64,000 nucleotides of DNA, taken from the NCBI GenBank assembly GCA_001683845.1, contig LXQI01000011.1, positions 13,790-77,789 of the forward strand, written 5' to 3'. Below the pieces are notes generated by a model. It searched no databases and was not told where the DNA came from. It saw nothing but the letters and a program-made list of their open reading frames with translations. The stretch comes from Erythrobacter sp. ANT-B3C2. Lineage in GTDB: Bacteria > Pseudomonadota > Alphaproteobacteria > Sphingomonadales > Sphingomonadaceae. The translations under genes and the position numbers were made by a program. Below are positions 30,816-44,774 of this stretch, piece after piece (positions within the stretch are counted from its first letter, which is position 1; every line of letters begins with the position of its first letter).

Positions 30816-31994
30816 TTAGGGGGTCAGCGGCGTGGCGGCGGGCGAGGCAGGTGCGGGTGGTGTGACCGGCGCTGCGGGGGAATGGGTCGAGGCGAACACG
30901 CCAGACTGCGCGATGGCGACGGCGATGGCATCGGCGACGATGGCGTTGTCGGCGAGGCTGGGATGGTAGTCGCACCCGTTCAGGGCGAGTCCGCTGACGG
31001 TGATGAAGGCGAGCCGGTCATCGCCCGCGCTCAGGGCCTCCGCCAGCGGGGCGGCCTCGACGACCTCACCATAGGCGCTATCGGTCACCCAAACGATAAT
31101 TTGAGCGTGGGGATGGCGCGAGCGCAGATCACGCACGAACTGGACATAGCTGGCCTCGAAGTCGCGATAGAGCGCATCCCTGTCGGGCCACTTCTCGCCG
31201 CTGGCCAGAGTGGTGGAGAAATCATTGGTGCCAAGGCCGACAACAACCGCTTGCGGCGACCAGCGGCCACCCGTGGCGGGTTCGCCCTGATCGAACAGGC
31301 CATAGGGGTACGCCTCGGGAATAGTGGCGCCTGATTTGCCAGCATAATTGCGGACCACGCCGCGGCCCGAGATGGCGATGACCTGGTAATCCGCGCCGAA
31401 GCGGTGCGCCACGCGCGGGGCGATGCCCCGGGCGGTGTCCGTCGTCAGCCAGACCTCCTCCGGCGTGCACTGGCGGGTGAGGGAGGTGTTGCCATAGCCG
31501 AGGGTATGCGAATCGCCGATGAACTCGATCTGCTGGCGGCGGTGGCGGAGCGGTAGCGGGAAGGCGCCCTCGCCCAGCAGGAAACCGCCGAAGGTGGTGG
31601 GGCCCGCGATGCTTTCGTTCAGCACGTCGATCCGCAGGCTATGGGCACCGGGTGCGAGCCGGTCGATCCGGTAAAGGCCGGGAGCGGGCCGAAGCAGCGT
31701 GATCGGCGGGGCATCGTCGATGGTGATGCGCAGGTGCACCTCGCCCGGGCCGATGCGGAAGCCGGCGCTCTCGCCCGCAAAGGCCGTCTCGAAATAGGTG
31801 GCCGGCCATTGGCGAGTGACCGGGCCCATGCGTGGCCCTTCTGCCGTCGGAGTGACCCGACCGCCGGTGAGATAGGGCAGCGGGGTATCGAATGCGGTCG
31901 CTTGGTCGCTGATCCGCTCGACCCGCTGTGCGGCCAGCGGCGTGGCCGCCAGCACCGCCAGCACGGCCAGACAGCGCGTGAAACCCCTCGTCAT
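30816..31994 (-). CDS. secreted SGNH/GDSL hydrolase (carbohydrate-esterase-like, N-terminal beta-sandwich domain)
   Basis: 392 aa from the ATG at 31994. Signal peptide CLAVLAVLAATPLAAQ, block I FIGDSHTLGYG, block III VVVGLGTNDF, and a Pro-rich C-terminal tail. Confidence 0.8.
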   Translation of the reverse strand: MTRGFTRCLAVLAVLAATPLAAQRVERISDQATAFDTPLPYLTGGRVTPTAEGPRMGPVTRQWPATYFETAFAGESAGFRIGPGEVHLRITIDDAPPITLLRPAPGLYRIDRLAPGAHSLRIDVLNESIAGPTTFGGFLLGEGAFPLPLRHRRQQIEFIGDSHTLGYGNTSLTRQCTPEEVWLTTDTARGIAPRVAHRFGADYQVIAISGRGVVRNYAGKSGATIPEAYPYGLFDQGEPATGGRWSPQAVVVGLGTNDFSTTLASGEKWPDRDALYRDFEASYVQFVRDLRSRHPHAQIIVWVTDSAYGEVVEAAPLAEALSAGDDRLAFITVSGLALNGCDYHPSLADNAIVADAIAVAIAQSGVFASTHSPAAPVTPPAPASPAATPLTP

Positions 31995-32061
31995 CCTGCT
32001 CCCCTCCTCGTCCCGCGAGGAGCCTAGGCGAGCAGAGCCCGTGAGGCCAGCCTGCGAGGCA

Positions 32062-32529
32062 CTAGATGAATTCGATCTTCTGGACCACGTAGAAGCGATC
32101 GCCGTTGGGCACGGTGACTTCGACATCCTCGCCCGCCTGCTTGCCGATCAGTGCGCGGCCGAGCGGCGAATCGTAGGAGATGCGGCCCTGCTTGGCGTCC
32201 GCCTCCGTCTGCCCGACGATCTGGTAGCGCTGGGGCTTCTCATCATCGTCGAGCACCGTGACGGTGGCGCCGAACACGACCTTGTTGCCCGAAAGCGTGG
32301 CGGGATCGATAATCTGCGCGCGGGTGACCTTGTCTTCCAGATCGGCGATCTGCGCCTCGATCTGGCCCTGACGCTCCTTGGCGGCGTGGTACTCGGCGTT
32401 TTCGGACAAATCGCCGTGGGCGCGCGCCTCCTCGATCGAATCGACCACGATGGGCCGCTCCTGCCGCAGCGCCTTAAGGTTGGCGGTGAGCTTCTCGTAG
32501 CCCTCGGCCAGCATCGGCACTCTTTCCAT
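32062..32529 (-). CDS. greA: transcription elongation factor GreA
   Basis: 155 aa with [17 protein letters not shown] and a C-terminal FKBP-like domain. Confidence 0.95.
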   Translation of the reverse strand: MERVPMLAEGYEKLTANLKALRQERPIVVDSIEEARAHGDLSENAEYHAAKERQGQIEAQIADLEDKVTRAQIIDPATLSGNKVVFGATVTVLDDDEKPQRYQIVGQTEADAKQGRISYDSPLGRALIGKQAGEDVEVTVPNGDRFYVVQKIEFI

Positions 32530-32602
32530 GTGTCTTCCCTGTCTTCCTGGTCGCTCCCGTCAAACGGGCCGCGCCGCCCTTGGTGAGCGGTGAGCGGCCT
32601 GT

Positions 32603-35600
32603 TCATGTCGGGGAGCGCGTGTTTTGCGCATAATAGTCTTGCAATGAGCGCACTTCAAGTTCGCTGGCCTTAACAGAGGCGATCGCGCGCACCGCGGCGG
32701 CCGATGCGGCGGCGGTGGTGTAGTAGGGAACCCGGGCCTGGATGGCCGAGGCGCGGATCGACTGGCTGTCGCGATGGCTCTGCCAGCCCTCCGTGGTGTT
32801 GAAGATGAGCGCGATATCGCGATCGACGATGCGATCGACGATGTGCGGGCGTCCTTCGGCCACCTTGTTGACGCGCTCCACCGGAACGCCGGCCTCGGCG
32901 AGGAAGCGCTGGGTGCCGCCGGTGGCGATCGCCACGAAGCCCAGCTCCACCAGCTCGCGCACGGGGCCGAGGATGTGCGGCTTGTCGCTGTCTTTCACCG
33001 AAACGAACAGGCGGCCGCGCTCCGGCAGGATGGTGCCGGCGGCGACTTGAGACTTGTAGAAGGCGCTGGGAAAGTCATAATCGATTCCCATCACTTCGCC
33101 GGTGGACTTCATTTCCGGTGTGAGGACGGGATCGGAGCCGGGGAATCGGCTGAAGGGAAATACCGCCTCCTTCACCGCCATATAAGGAAGATCGCGGACC
33201 AGCGGCGGCAGGTCGGCCAGCTTCTCGCCTGCCATCACCCGCGCAGCATATTTGGCGACTGGCTGGCCAATCGCCTTGGCGACGAAGGGCACGGTTCGGC
33301 TGGCGCGTGGGTTGACCTCGATCAGATAGACCTCGCCTTCTTTGACCGCGAACTGCACGTTCATCAGCCCGCGCACGCCCAGCGCCATTGCCAGCGCCTC
33401 GGTTTGGCGCTCCATTTCGGCGATGATTTCGGCGGGCAGGCTGTAAGGCGGCAGGGTGCAGGCTGAATCGCCCGAATGGACCCCAGCCTCCTCGATGTGT
33501 TGCATCAGGCCGGCAATGACTACCTGCTCGCCATCGCACAGGGCGTCGACGTCGCATTCGATGGCATCGCGCAAATAGCGATCGACCAACACTGGGCTAT
33601 CCCCCGATACATTGACTGCGGTGGCGATGTAATTGTCGAGCTGGGCTTCGCTGTCGACGATCTCCATCGCGCGGCCGCCGAGCACGTAAGAGGGGCGCAG
33701 CAGCACCGGATAGCCGATGCGGGCGGCGACGGCAGCGGCCTCGTCGCGGCTTTTGGCGATGCCGTTTTCGGGCTGCTTGAGGCGCAGCTGATTGACTAGG
33801 CGAGCGAAGCGCTCGCGGTCTTCGGCCAGATCAATCGCATCGGGGCTGGTGCCGAGAATGGGGATGCCGGCGGCCTCGAGCGCTCTGGCGAGCTTGAGCG
33901 GGGTCTGTCCGCCGAACTGCACGATGACGCCGACGAGTTCGCCGCTCGAATGTTCGACGCGCAGGATCTCGAGCACGTCCTCGGCGGTGAGCGGTTCGAA
34001 ATAGAGCCGGTCTGATGTGTCGTAATCGGTGCTGACGGTCTCGGGGTTGCAGTTGATCATGATGGTTTCGAAGCCCGCTTCGGCGAGAGCGAAGCAGGCG
34101 TGGACGCAGCAATAATCGAACTCGATGCCCTGCCCGATGCGGTTTGGGCCGCCGCCCAGGATAACCACCTTGCGCCGGTCCGACGGCCACGCCTCGTTCT
34201 CGGCCTGCTCTCCAAAGCTGGGCGCTTCGTAGGTGGAGTACATGTAGGGAGTGATCGCCTCGAATTCGGCGGCGCAGCTGTCGATCCGCTTGAAGACGGG
34301 CAGTACGCCCAGCTTCTGGCGCAGTTCGCGCACCTCGCGCTCGCTGGTGGCGCCGGCCATGGCGCGCAATGCATCGTGCAGCAGGCCTGAGCGGCGAGCC
34401 TGGGTCTCGGCGAGGCCGCCGGCGACACCGACCGAGCGGACGGCGAGCGTGGCAAGGCGCTTGTCGGAGAAGCCCATCGCCTTGAGGCGGCGCAGGCCCG
34501 CGGCATCGCCGGGGAGGCCGTGCTGGCCAATCATCGCCTCTTCGTAGATGATCTCGTCGATGTGGCGCAGGAACCACTTGTCGTAATGGGTGATCGCGTG
34601 GACCTCTTCCACGGTGAAGCCCTCGCGGAAGGCCTGTGCGACCTGGAGGAGGCGATCGGGCGTGGCGCGACTAAGCGCGGCGGTGATCTGGTCTCGCTGG
34701 GCGCCTTCGAGCTCGAGCACGCGGTTGAAGCCGTCCAGCCCGGTTTCAAGGCCGCGCAGCGCCTTTTGCAGCGATTCCTTGAAGCTGCGGCCGACCGCCA
34801 TCACCTCCCCCACCGATTTCATCGCGGTGGAAAGCTCGACCTTGGCGCCCTTGAACTTCTCGAAGGCGAAGCGCGGGATCTTGGTGACCACGTAGTCGAT
34901 GGTCGGCTCGAAGGCGGCGGGGGTGGCGCCGGTGATCTCGTTGGTGATCTCGTCCAGCGTGTAACCCACGGCGAGCTTGGCGGCGATGCGGGCGATGGGG
35001 AAGCCAGTGGCTTTGGAGGCGAGCGCACTGGAGCGGCTGACTCGCGGGTTCATCTCGATGACGATCAGCCGTCCGTCCTTCGGATTGACTGCGAACTGGA
35101 CGTTGGAACCGCCTGTTTCCACACCGATTTCCCGCAGCACCGCGATGCTGGCGGTGCGCATGATCTGGTATTCCTTGTCCGTTAGCGTGAGCGCCGGGGC
35201 CACGGTGATGGAATCGCCGGTGTGGACGCCCATCGGATCGACGTTCTCGATTGAGCAGACGATGATGCAATTGTCCGCCCGATCGCGCACCACCTCCATC
35301 TCGAACTCTTTCCAGCCGAGCAGCGATTCCTCGATCAGGACCTCGTTAGTGGGGCTGGCATCGAGGCCGGAGCGGACGACATCCTCGAATTCGGCGCGGT
35401 TGTAGGCGATGCCGCCGCCGGTGCCCCCAAGGGTGAAGCTGGGGCGGATGATCGAAGGCAGGCCGGTGCGTTCGAGCACGGCGTAGGCCTCCTCCACATT
35501 GTGAGCGGTGCCGCTGCGCGCGCTTTCGAGCCCGATCCGGTCCATCGCCTCGCGGAAGCGCTGGCGGTTTTCCGCCTTGTCGATGGCATCGGCATCGGCA

Positions 35601-35950
35601 CCGATCATCTGCACGCCGTAATTGGCGAGCGTGCCGTCCTCGAACAGCTTGAGCGCGCAATTGAGCGCGGTCTGCCCGCCCATCGTGGGGAGGACCGCAT
35701 CGGGCCGCTCCTTGGCGATGATCTTGGCGACGAATTCTGGGGTGATCGGCTCGATATAGGTGGCGTCCGCCATGTCCGGATCAGTCATGATCGTTGCGGG
35801 GTTGGAGTTGACGAGGATGACGCGGTAGCCCTCCTCCTTCAGCGCCTTGATCGCCTGCGTGCCGGAATAATCGAACTCGCAGGCCTGGCCGATGATGATC
35901 GGGCCGGCGCCGATGACGAGGATGGAGGAGATGTCAGTACGTTTGGGCAT
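32603..35950 (-). CDS. carB: carbamoyl-phosphate synthase large subunit
   Basis: 1115 aa with duplicated ATP-grasp halves and the N-terminus [33 protein letters not shown]. Confidence 0.98.
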   Translation of the reverse strand: MPKRTDISSILVIGAGPIIIGQACEFDYSGTQAIKALKEEGYRVILVNSNPATIMTDPDMADATYIEPITPEFVAKIIAKERPDAVLPTMGGQTALNCALKLFEDGTLANYGVQMIGADADAIDKAENRQRFREAMDRIGLESARSGTAHNVEEAYAVLERTGLPSIIRPSFTLGGTGGGIAYNRAEFEDVVRSGLDASPTNEVLIEESLLGWKEFEMEVVRDRADNCIIVCSIENVDPMGVHTGDSITVAPALTLTDKEYQIMRTASIAVLREIGVETGGSNVQFAVNPKDGRLIVIEMNPRVSRSSALASKATGFPIARIAAKLAVGYTLDEITNEITGATPAAFEPTIDYVVTKIPRFAFEKFKGAKVELSTAMKSVGEVMAVGRSFKESLQKALRGLETGLDGFNRVLELEGAQRDQITAALSRATPDRLLQVAQAFREGFTVEEVHAITHYDKWFLRHIDEIIYEEAMIGQHGLPGDAAGLRRLKAMGFSDKRLATLAVRSVGVAGGLAETQARRSGLLHDALRAMAGATSEREVRELRQKLGVLPVFKRIDSCAAEFEAITPYMYSTYEAPSFGEQAENEAWPSDRRKVVILGGGPNRIGQGIEFDYCCVHACFALAEAGFETIMINCNPETVSTDYDTSDRLYFEPLTAEDVLEILRVEHSSGELVGVIVQFGGQTPLKLARALEAAGIPILGTSPDAIDLAEDRERFARLVNQLRLKQPENGIAKSRDEAAAVAARIGYPVLLRPSYVLGGRAMEIVDSEAQLDNYIATAVNVSGDSPVLVDRYLRDAIECDVDALCDGEQVVIAGLMQHIEEAGVHSGDSACTLPPYSLPAEIIAEMERQTEALAMALGVRGLMNVQFAVKEGEVYLIEVNPRASRTVPFVAKAIGQPVAKYAARVMAGEKLADLPPLVRDLPYMAVKEAVFPFSRFPGSDPVLTPEMKSTGEVMGIDYDFPSAFYKSQVAAGTILPERGRLFVSVKDSDKPHILGPVRELVELGFVAIATGGTQRFLAEAGVPVERVNKVAEGRPHIVDRIVDRDIALIFNTTEGWQSHRDSQSIRASAIQARVPYYTTAAASAAAVRAIASVKASELEVRSLQDYYAQNTRSPT

Positions 35951-36279
35951 TATCCGAGTATCGCCTCGCTAATTACGTAAAACAGTTCACAAACTCCAAT
36001 AATTGCTAAGCCCCGCTCAATCAACTTCCAAATCAGATCTGATGGAGGTTCCGGAGCATCAGCCAACGCAGACATTGCCACCAAGAGCGACTTCGCCTGC
36101 GCTTTTTCAGAATTTGACGCCCCAATCGCATCCAAATCGGAATTCGCTTTTTCGATTGCGGCCTTCAATCGCTCTAAGCGAGGACTATCGAATACCGTAT
36201 CAACCGAAATACCAAGCCAACGGGTTGAGTTTATTTCGACTTTCCGAGGCGCCGGATGCGGGATGTTTTGTACGATCAC
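35950..36279 (-). CDS. hypothetical 109-codon ORF inserted between carA and carB (compositionally foreign)
   Basis: Its GTG at 36279 overlaps the carA stop (GTGA) and its TAA overlaps the carB ATG (TAATG). G+C is about 48% (160 of 330 by hand count) against 68% in adjacent carA sequence. Codons are A/T-ending. The predicted product is helical with a hydrophobic C-terminus ([20 protein letters not shown]). No ATG start and no family recognised. Confidence 0.45.
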   Translation of the reverse strand: MIVQNIPHPAPRKVEINSTRWLGISVDTVFDSPRLERLKAAIEKANSDLDAIGASNSEKAQAKSLLVAMSALADAPEPPSDLIWKLIERGLAIIGVCELFYVISEAILG

Positions 36280-37442
36280 CTCAACATCCCCACGAAACGC
36301 TCGAACAGGTAGAAGCTGTCCTGCGGGCCGGGGCTCGCCTCGGGGTGGTATTGGACGCCGATTGCCTTCTTGCCGATGAGGGCGATGCCGCAATTGGAGC
36401 CGTCGAACAGGCTCTTGTGGGTTTCCTCTACGCCTGCTGGGAGCGTCGCGCCGTCGACGGCGAAGCCGTGGTTCATGGAGGTGATCTCGACCACGCCGTC
36501 TTCCATCCGCTTGACGGGATGGTTGGCGCCGCGGTGGCCCTGGTGCATCTTGATCGTGCGCGCACCCGCCGCAAGGGCGAGGAGCTGGTGGCCCAGGCAT
36601 ATGCCGAAGATCGGGACGTCGTGCTCCAGCAATTCACGGATGACCGGGACAGCGTAGGTGCCGGTTGCCGCCGGGTCGCCGGGGCCGTTGGATAGGAACA
36701 CGCCGGCGGGGCGCATGCGGAGGATCTCGTCCGCCGTGGTGGCGGCGGGGACCACGGTGACGCGGGCGCCGGCTTTCACCAAGTTGCGGAAGATGTTGTC
36801 CTTGCTGCCGTAATCCACCGCCACGACATGCGGGGCGTCCTTGCTTCCGGCGCCCTCCCCGTAGCCGGTGCCCAGCTGCCATGGGCCGCCTTCCCAGCCG
36901 TGGTGCTTCTGGCGCGACACTTGGCTGGCGAGGTCCGTCCCCTCCAGCCCGGGCCAATCCTGTGCTCGGGCGAGTAGTGCGGGAATGTCGAACATGCCGC
37001 GCGGATCGTGCGCAATCACCGCGTTGGGAGCGCCCGAGAGGCGGATACGGCGGGTGAGCGCGCGGGTGTCCACGCCCGAGAGGCCGATCTTGAGGTGGCC
37101 CGCCATCCAGTCAACGAATTCGCGTGTCGCGCGGAAGTTGGAGTGCGGGGTGACCTCCTCGCGGGTGATGCAGCCGACCGCGCCTTCCACCTCGGATTCG
37201 ATGTCTTCCGCATTGGCGCCCACATTTCCAATGTGCGGGAAGGTGAAGGTGACAATCTGCGCCATGTAGGAGGGATCGGTCATCACCTCCTGGTAGCCGG
37301 TCATCGCGGTGTTGAAGCACAGCTCGCCGACCGCAGCGCCGACATGGCCGAAGCCCTGGCCCCAGACGAGCGACCCATCGGCCAGCACCAATACGCCCGT
37401 CGCGCCTTTCGGCGGCGCAGACGAGGATGCGGTAAAAGCCAT
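36276..37442 (-). CDS. carA: carbamoyl-phosphate synthase small (glutaminase) subunit
   Basis: 388 aa from the ATG at 37442. GATase active site FGICLGHQLL and N-terminus VLVLADGSLVWGQGFG. Confidence 0.96.
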   Translation of the reverse strand: MAFTASSSAPPKGATGVLVLADGSLVWGQGFGHVGAAVGELCFNTAMTGYQEVMTDPSYMAQIVTFTFPHIGNVGANAEDIESEVEGAVGCITREEVTPHSNFRATREFVDWMAGHLKIGLSGVDTRALTRRIRLSGAPNAVIAHDPRGMFDIPALLARAQDWPGLEGTDLASQVSRQKHHGWEGGPWQLGTGYGEGAGSKDAPHVVAVDYGSKDNIFRNLVKAGARVTVVPAATTADEILRMRPAGVFLSNGPGDPAATGTYAVPVIRELLEHDVPIFGICLGHQLLALAAGARTIKMHQGHRGANHPVKRMEDGVVEITSMNHGFAVDGATLPAGVEETHKSLFDGSNCGIALIGKKAIGVQYHPEASPGPQDSFYLFERFVGMLR

Positions 37443-37586
37443 GGGCGAGGCTCCCGTTCGAGGTTTGACCGATGATGTCGCTAAGGCACGGCGGCTAAAC
37501 CTGCGGCCCGGATCCGTCAAGCTGTGCCCGGCGCGCGGCTTGCGCTATGCACCATCGCTACACCGATATCGCGGACAGGAAGAACC

Positions 37587-38051
37587 ATGCTGAGGGACCG
37601 GATCAAGGGCGAGACCGTGGCCGCGATGAAGGCGGGGGACAAGGAGCGGGTGGCGGCGCTGCGGCTGATCGCCGCGCGGATCAAGGATCGCGATATCGAG
37701 ATGCGACCGAAGATCGCGGCTGGCGCGACTCCGATGGATGACGATGCGATGGTGATCGACGCCTTGCAGAAAATGGCCAAGCAGCGGCGCGAATCGATTG
37801 CCATGTACGAGGATGGCGGGCGCGAGGAGCTGGCGGCGCAGGAGCGCGGCGAGCTGGCGGTGATCGACGAGTTCATGCCCCGGCAGATGGACGAGGAAAC
37901 CACCCGCGCGGCGATCGAGCGGGTGAAGACGGAGCTGGGCGTGGGGGGCGTAAAGGACATGGGCCGGGTGATGGCCGAACTGAAGGCGCGGCACGGCGCG
38001 GAGCTGGACATGGCGCGCGCGAGCGGCTGGGTGAAGGAGAGCCTGGCGTGA
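37587..38051 (+). CDS. GatB/YqeY domain-containing protein
   Basis: 154 aa, with MLRDRIKGETVAAMKAGDKERVAALRLIAARIKDRDIE typical of YqeY. Confidence 0.85.
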   Translation: MLRDRIKGETVAAMKAGDKERVAALRLIAARIKDRDIEMRPKIAAGATPMDDDAMVIDALQKMAKQRRESIAMYEDGGREELAAQERGELAVIDEFMPRQMDEETTRAAIERVKTELGVGGVKDMGRVMAELKARHGAELDMARASGWVKESLA

Positions 38052-38728
38052 GGGCGTGGCTGGTCGCCTCAGCCGCGCTTGTTCTCGCCAGCTGCGGCGG
38101 CGCGGCGGAGGAGGAAGCGCCGGCGCCTGAGCCCGCCCCCGCCCCTACGTTCGATGCCGGGCCGCGCACGCTTGTGGCAGCCGATCTCGACCTCGACAGT
38201 CTGGGCGCGCGAATCGAGGGGCCGGAGGGCAACGAGGTGGAGAGCGAGATACCCGGCCTTGGCACGATGGTGAGCTTCGTCGCCTGCCCTGCTGCTGTCG
38301 AGGCGCCGGAGTGCGACCCGGACGTGCTGCCCGAGGGCACGGTCTACACCTATGTGCACCGGGTCACGCTGGACACGCCGGCGGGCAAGCAGGACGACAA
38401 GCGGGCCGGCGGGGCCACCCTGTTCCGAACCACGCAGGCGGCGGCGGGCTTTGCCAACGTGATCGGCTTTTCGCGCGAGCAGGCCGAGCAGGTGCTGGGC
38501 GCCAATGGCGACATCAAGGTGCAGCTGGATGGCGGGCGGCTTGTCTGGCGGATCGCCGCGGGCGACGGATGGGTTCCGGGCGAGACGTTGACCTTCTTCT
38601 GGCGCTCCACGCTTCCGCCAGTGGGCCCACAGGAGGCCTTTCGCCTAGAGGGCGAGGGGCTGAGCGGCATGGCGACCGGGCCGTTCCCGCAGGAGCTGCC
38701 TGTGGATGAAACGCCCCCGCGTAGCTAG
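38048..38728 (+). CDS. hypothetical lipoprotein
   Basis: The GTG start overlaps the preceding stop (GTGA). Lipobox LVLASC is followed by a Pro/Ala/Glu linker. No family recognised. Confidence 0.6.
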   Translation: MRAWLVASAALVLASCGGAAEEEAPAPEPAPAPTFDAGPRTLVAADLDLDSLGARIEGPEGNEVESEIPGLGTMVSFVACPAAVEAPECDPDVLPEGTVYTYVHRVTLDTPAGKQDDKRAGGATLFRTTQAAAGFANVIGFSREQAEQVLGANGDIKVQLDGGRLVWRIAAGDGWVPGETLTFFWRSTLPPVGPQEAFRLEGEGLSGMATGPFPQELPVDETPPRS

Positions 38729-38763
38729 GCGCGAATCGGTACGGCGGTCTATGCTGGGCCGCG

Positions 38764-40614
38764 ATGGCGCTGACCCCTGAATGGCTGGACGAATTGCGCG
38801 CGCGGATCACACTTTCGGGCGTGATCGGGCGCACGCTCAAGCTGCGCCGCGCGGGGCGCGAGTGGAGCGCATGCTGCCCGTTCCACAACGAGAAGACGCC
38901 CAGCTTCACCGTCAGCGACGAGAAGGGCTTTTACCACTGCTTCGGCTGCGGGGCGCACGGCGACGCGATCCGCTGGCTGACCGATCAGCGCGGGCTGGCG
39001 TTCATGGATGCGGTGCAGGAGTTGGCCGCGCAGGCCGGGCTGGAGGTGCCCCGCCCCGACCCGCGCGAGGCGAAGCGCGCCGAGCAGCAGGCGGGGCTGC
39101 ACGACGTGCTGGCGGCGGCGCAGGAATGGTTCGCGGGCACGTTGCGCGGCACAGAGGGGGCGAAGGCGCGCGCCTATCTGCAGCAACGCGGGCTGGATGC
39201 GCATACGATCGAGCGGTTCGGCTTCGGTTATGCGCCCGATGGGCGCGGCGCACTGGCGCGGGCACTGGCGCCGTTCGACGAGGTGTTGCTGGTGGAGGCG
39301 GGGCTGCGGATCGCAGCGGAGGATCGCGACCCGTACGACCGGTTCCGTGACCGGCTGATGCTGCCGATCCACGATCCGCGCGGGCGGGTGATCGGGTTCG
39401 GCGGACGAATCCTCGACCATACGCGAAGTGATGCTCCCAAGTACCTTAATTCGCCCGAAACCCCTTTGTTCGACAAGGGGCGAACGCTCTACAACCTGCA
39501 CCGGGCCGCGGCACCTGCGCGCAAAGCGGGACGGATCGTGGTGGTGGAAGGCTACATGGATGTGATCGCGCTGGCCGCGGCGGGCATCGAGGAGGTGGTG
39601 GCGCCGATGGGCACCGCACTGACCGAGCGACAGATCGAGCTGCTGTGGCGCCAGTGCGACAAGCCGATCCTGTGCTTCGACGGCGATGCGGCCGGGCGCC
39701 GGGCGGCGTTGCGCGCAGCCGAGCGGGTGCTGCCGATGCTGCGGCCGGGCTGCTCGCTGCAATTCGTCGCATTGCCGGCGGGGATGGACCCGGACGATCT
39801 GGTGCGAAGCAACGGGCGCGGTGCTCTGGACCGCTTGCTGGGGGCGCCGGGCAGCCTGCTCGATCTCGTGTGGGATCATGAGCGGGAGGCTGCGCCGCTT
39901 GCCGGTCCTGAGGACAAGGCTGGGCTGAAGGCGCGGTTGCTGGCGCATGTGGAGGCGATCGCCGACCGCGACATCGCGGCGCTTTATCGCCGGGAATGGC
40001 TGGAGCGCTTCTCCGCCTTCGCCTTTCCGCCCCGGCCGGCGCGCGAACGGAGTGAGTGGCGGGGTGGGTCTCAGGGCGGCAGGCGCCCTGCCCCGCTGGC
40101 GCTCGCCCCCGGCTCGGCCGAGCGGCTGGCGCCCGGCGGGAGCGTGGTGCGCGATGCGCTGGGGCAGGCGGTGATGGCCGGGCTTGCGCGCCATCCCGGC
40201 GAAATCGCCCGCCATGCCGAGGCGCTGCTGGGCCTTGCCGCCGCCAGCCCCGCCCTCGCAGCCGAGGTCGACCGGCTGCTGCAGCTTGCCGAAACGCTTG
40301 AAGCGGGCAGGGAAGCGCCCATATCCAACGCCAATGCGGTGCAGCTGCCGCCCGACGCCATGCGCCTCTCCTTCCTCGACGATGGTGGAGACACGGATGA
40401 GGCGCGGGCGGACTTGGCAGAGGCTATGGCGCTCTTGGTGGAGAAGCCGGCGCTCGATGCGGCGATCGCTGCGGCGACGGCCCGCTTCGACAGCGACCCG
40501 GAAGGCGCCTTTGCCGACCAGCAGCGGCTGCGCGAACGAAAGCTGGAATTCGAGTCGCGGTTCGGGCACATGGCCAGGAAACGGGCTGCCGAGGCGGCCG
40601 GAGAACAAAATTGA
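38764..40614 (+). CDS. dnaG: DNA primase
   Basis: Zinc ribbon [30 protein letters not shown] and [18 protein letters not shown] ... [12 protein letters not shown]. Confidence 0.96.
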   Translation: MALTPEWLDELRARITLSGVIGRTLKLRRAGREWSACCPFHNEKTPSFTVSDEKGFYHCFGCGAHGDAIRWLTDQRGLAFMDAVQELAAQAGLEVPRPDPREAKRAEQQAGLHDVLAAAQEWFAGTLRGTEGAKARAYLQQRGLDAHTIERFGFGYAPDGRGALARALAPFDEVLLVEAGLRIAAEDRDPYDRFRDRLMLPIHDPRGRVIGFGGRILDHTRSDAPKYLNSPETPLFDKGRTLYNLHRAAAPARKAGRIVVVEGYMDVIALAAAGIEEVVAPMGTALTERQIELLWRQCDKPILCFDGDAAGRRAALRAAERVLPMLRPGCSLQFVALPAGMDPDDLVRSNGRGALDRLLGAPGSLLDLVWDHEREAAPLAGPEDKAGLKARLLAHVEAIADRDIAALYRREWLERFSAFAFPPRPARERSEWRGGSQGGRRPAPLALAPGSAERLAPGGSVVRDALGQAVMAGLARHPGEIARHAEALLGLAAASPALAAEVDRLLQLAETLEAGREAPISNANAVQLPPDAMRLSFLDDGGDTDEARADLAEAMALLVEKPALDAAIAAATARFDSDPEGAFADQQRLRERKLEFESRFGHMARKRAAEAAGEQN

Positions 40615-40670
40615 AACCGCCACCGGTGACGGTGCGTATTGCAAGACCTGGAAACGGACAAGCGACTAGC

Positions 40671-42692
<2,022 letters not shown>

Positions 42693-42773
42693 GCGTTTGC
42701 GCGGCTCCGCTCGGCGGGGGACATATTCGCGTTTCATGTGGCAAGCTGCGCGCCCAGCCCCTATGTGCGGCGC

Positions 42774-43226
42774 ATGATCGTCGCCATCGCATCGGACCAT
42801 GCCGCACTGGAATTGAAAGCCGAACTGGTTCGCTGGCTCGGTGAGCAGGGGCACGAGATCGCCGACCTTGGTCCGCATAGCGAGGGTTCGGTCGATTATC
42901 CCGATTATGGCTATCGGCTAGCCGGGTATCTTTCGCGCGGCGAAGCCACGTATGGAATTGCCCTTTGCGGGAGCGGGGTCGGCATTGCGATTGCCATGAA
43001 CCGCCACCCGGACGTGCGCTGTGCCCAAGTGGCCGAGCCGCTTTCGGCCGCCCTCGCCCGCTCCCACAACGATGCCAACGCGATCGCGCTAGGGGCGCGG
43101 CTGGTCGGGCCGGAGATGGCCAAGGCCTGCGTTGCCGCGTTCCTTTCTACCGAGTTCCTGGGCGGGCGCCACCAGCGCCGCGTCGAACAATTGTCGCACC
43201 CCAAACTGACCGAGGAAACGGCATGA
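42774..43226 (+). CDS. rpiB: ribose 5-phosphate isomerase B
   Basis: 150 aa with [11 protein letters not shown] and [17 protein letters not shown]. Confidence 0.92.
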   Translation: MIVAIASDHAALELKAELVRWLGEQGHEIADLGPHSEGSVDYPDYGYRLAGYLSRGEATYGIALCGSGVGIAIAMNRHPDVRCAQVAEPLSAALARSHNDANAIALGARLVGPEMAKACVAAFLSTEFLGGRHQRRVEQLSHPKLTEETA

Positions 43227-44545
43227 GCTCCGTCGCCGCCCCTACCAAGCCGGCCACTTCCGGGCCGCGCACCCGCTTCTGGCACGATAGCCTCGCCGAA
43301 GCCGATCCCGCCGTGGCCGCCATCATCGGGCAGGAGCTGCAACGCCAGCGCGACCGGATCGAGCTGATCGCCAGCGAAAACATCGCCAGCCCTGCTGTAC
43401 TGGAAGCGACCGGCTCGGTCTTCACCAACAAATATGCCGAGGGATATCCGGGCAAGCGCTATTATGGCGGGTGCGAGCATGCCGATGCGATGGAGCGGCT
43501 GGCAATTGAGCGGGTGACTCAGCTGTTCGGCTGCAATTTCGCCAATGTGCAGCCCAATTCGGGCAGCCAGATGAACCAGGCGGTGTTCCTGGCCCTCTTG
43601 ACCCCGGGCGATATCTTCATGGGTCTTGACCTGGCGAGCGGCGGGCATTTGACCCACGGTTCGCCGGTGAACATGAGCGGCAAGTGGTTCAATGCGGTGC
43701 CCTATGGGGTGCGGCGAGAGGATCATCTGGTCGACATGGAAGCGGTGGTACGCCTCGCCCGCGAGCACCGGCCCAAGCTGATCATCGCAGGCGGCACCGC
43801 CTATCCGCGCCAGTGGGATTTTGCCGCTTTCCGGGCAATCGCCGACGAAATCGGCGCCTGGCTGCTGGTGGATATGTCGCATTTTTCGGGGCTGGTGGCG
43901 GGCGGTGTCCATGTCTCGCCCTTCCCGCATGCCCATGTGGTGACCACCACCACGCACAAGAGCCTTCGAGGGCCCCGCTCGGGCGTGATCCTGACCGATG
44001 ACGAGGACCTGGCGAAGAAGTTCAACATGGCCGTGTTCCCCGGCATGCAGGGCGGGCCGCTGATGCATGTGGTCGCCGCCAAGGCGGTGGCTTTCGGCGA
44101 AGCGCTGCGGCCCGAGTTCAGGGACTATGCCGCCGCGATCCTGGCGAATGCCCGCGCGCTGGCTGCCAGCCTGGCTGACCACGGCCTCGGCATTGTTTCC
44201 GGCGGGACCGACAACCACCTCGTGCTGGTCGACCTGACCGCCAAAGAGGTGACCGGCAAGGCGGCCGAGATCGGCCTGGACCGGGCGTTCCTCACCTGCA
44301 ACAAGAACGCGGTCCCCTTCGATCCGCGATCGCCTTTCGTCACCTCGGGCATCCGGCTCGGTGCCCCGGCGGGCACCACCCGCGGCTTCGGCACCGGGGA
44401 GTTCGCCCAGGTGGGCGCGATGATCGCTGAGGTGGTCGAGGGCTTGCGCCGCAACGGGCCCGAGGGCGACACGCAGGCGGAGGAAAGCGTGCGGCGACGC
44501 GTCAGCGAGATGTGCGATGCCTTTCCAGTCTATCCCGGGAGATGA
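43223..44545 (+). CDS. glyA: serine hydroxymethyltransferase
   Basis: The ATG overlaps the rpiB stop (ATGA). Motifs [36 protein letters not shown] and the PLP lysine context [14 protein letters not shown]. Confidence 0.97.
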   Translation: MSSVAAPTKPATSGPRTRFWHDSLAEADPAVAAIIGQELQRQRDRIELIASENIASPAVLEATGSVFTNKYAEGYPGKRYYGGCEHADAMERLAIERVTQLFGCNFANVQPNSGSQMNQAVFLALLTPGDIFMGLDLASGGHLTHGSPVNMSGKWFNAVPYGVRREDHLVDMEAVVRLAREHRPKLIIAGGTAYPRQWDFAAFRAIADEIGAWLLVDMSHFSGLVAGGVHVSPFPHAHVVTTTTHKSLRGPRSGVILTDDEDLAKKFNMAVFPGMQGGPLMHVVAAKAVAFGEALRPEFRDYAAAILANARALAASLADHGLGIVSGGTDNHLVLVDLTAKEVTGKAAEIGLDRAFLTCNKNAVPFDPRSPFVTSGIRLGAPAGTTRGFGTGEFAQVGAMIAEVVEGLRRNGPEGDTQAEESVRRRVSEMCDAFPVYPGR

Positions 44546-44549
44546 GCCA

Positions 44550-44771
44550 ATGAACGACCCAGACCAGCCGCGCGGCGAGAACCTGATCGACGACGCCACC
44601 ACCGAGATCAAGGGCATGGCGAAGGGTGGCATGGCCCACCCCTCCACCAAGCCGGTGCTGATTGGCGCGGGCGTGGGCGCGGTTGCCGGCGCCCTGCTGC
44701 CGATCGTGAGCCTGCCGCTGGGCCTCGTAGCCGGGGCGGGCTTCATGCTGTACAAGCGCTTGCGCCCCTGA
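44550..44771 (+). CDS. small hypothetical membrane protein
   Basis: 73 aa from the ATG at 44550, after GGGAGA. Gly/Ala-rich TM pair VLIGAGVGAVAGALLPIVSLPLGLVAGAGFMLY. It lies between glyA and nrdR. Confidence 0.55.
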   Translation: MNDPDQPRGENLIDDATTEIKGMAKGGMAHPSTKPVLIGAGVGAVAGALLPIVSLPLGLVAGAGFMLYKRLRP

Positions 44772-44774
44772 GGC

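Noticed and set aside
35950-36600. 216-aa track ORF spanning the carA 3' end
   Set aside because: The part above 36279 is an alternative frame of carA (Arg/Pro-rich, no support). Only the segment that fills the carA-carB gap is considered, and even that at moderate confidence.
38749-40644. 631-aa minus-strand ORF, plus 42911-45112, 49014-50660, 58023-59288, 59002-60558 and 62018-63979
   Set aside because: They are antisense to dnaG, to rpiB/glyA/nrdR, to tgt and the stress cluster, to the J-domain gene, to recG and to mfd respectively. None has a motif or plausible composition.
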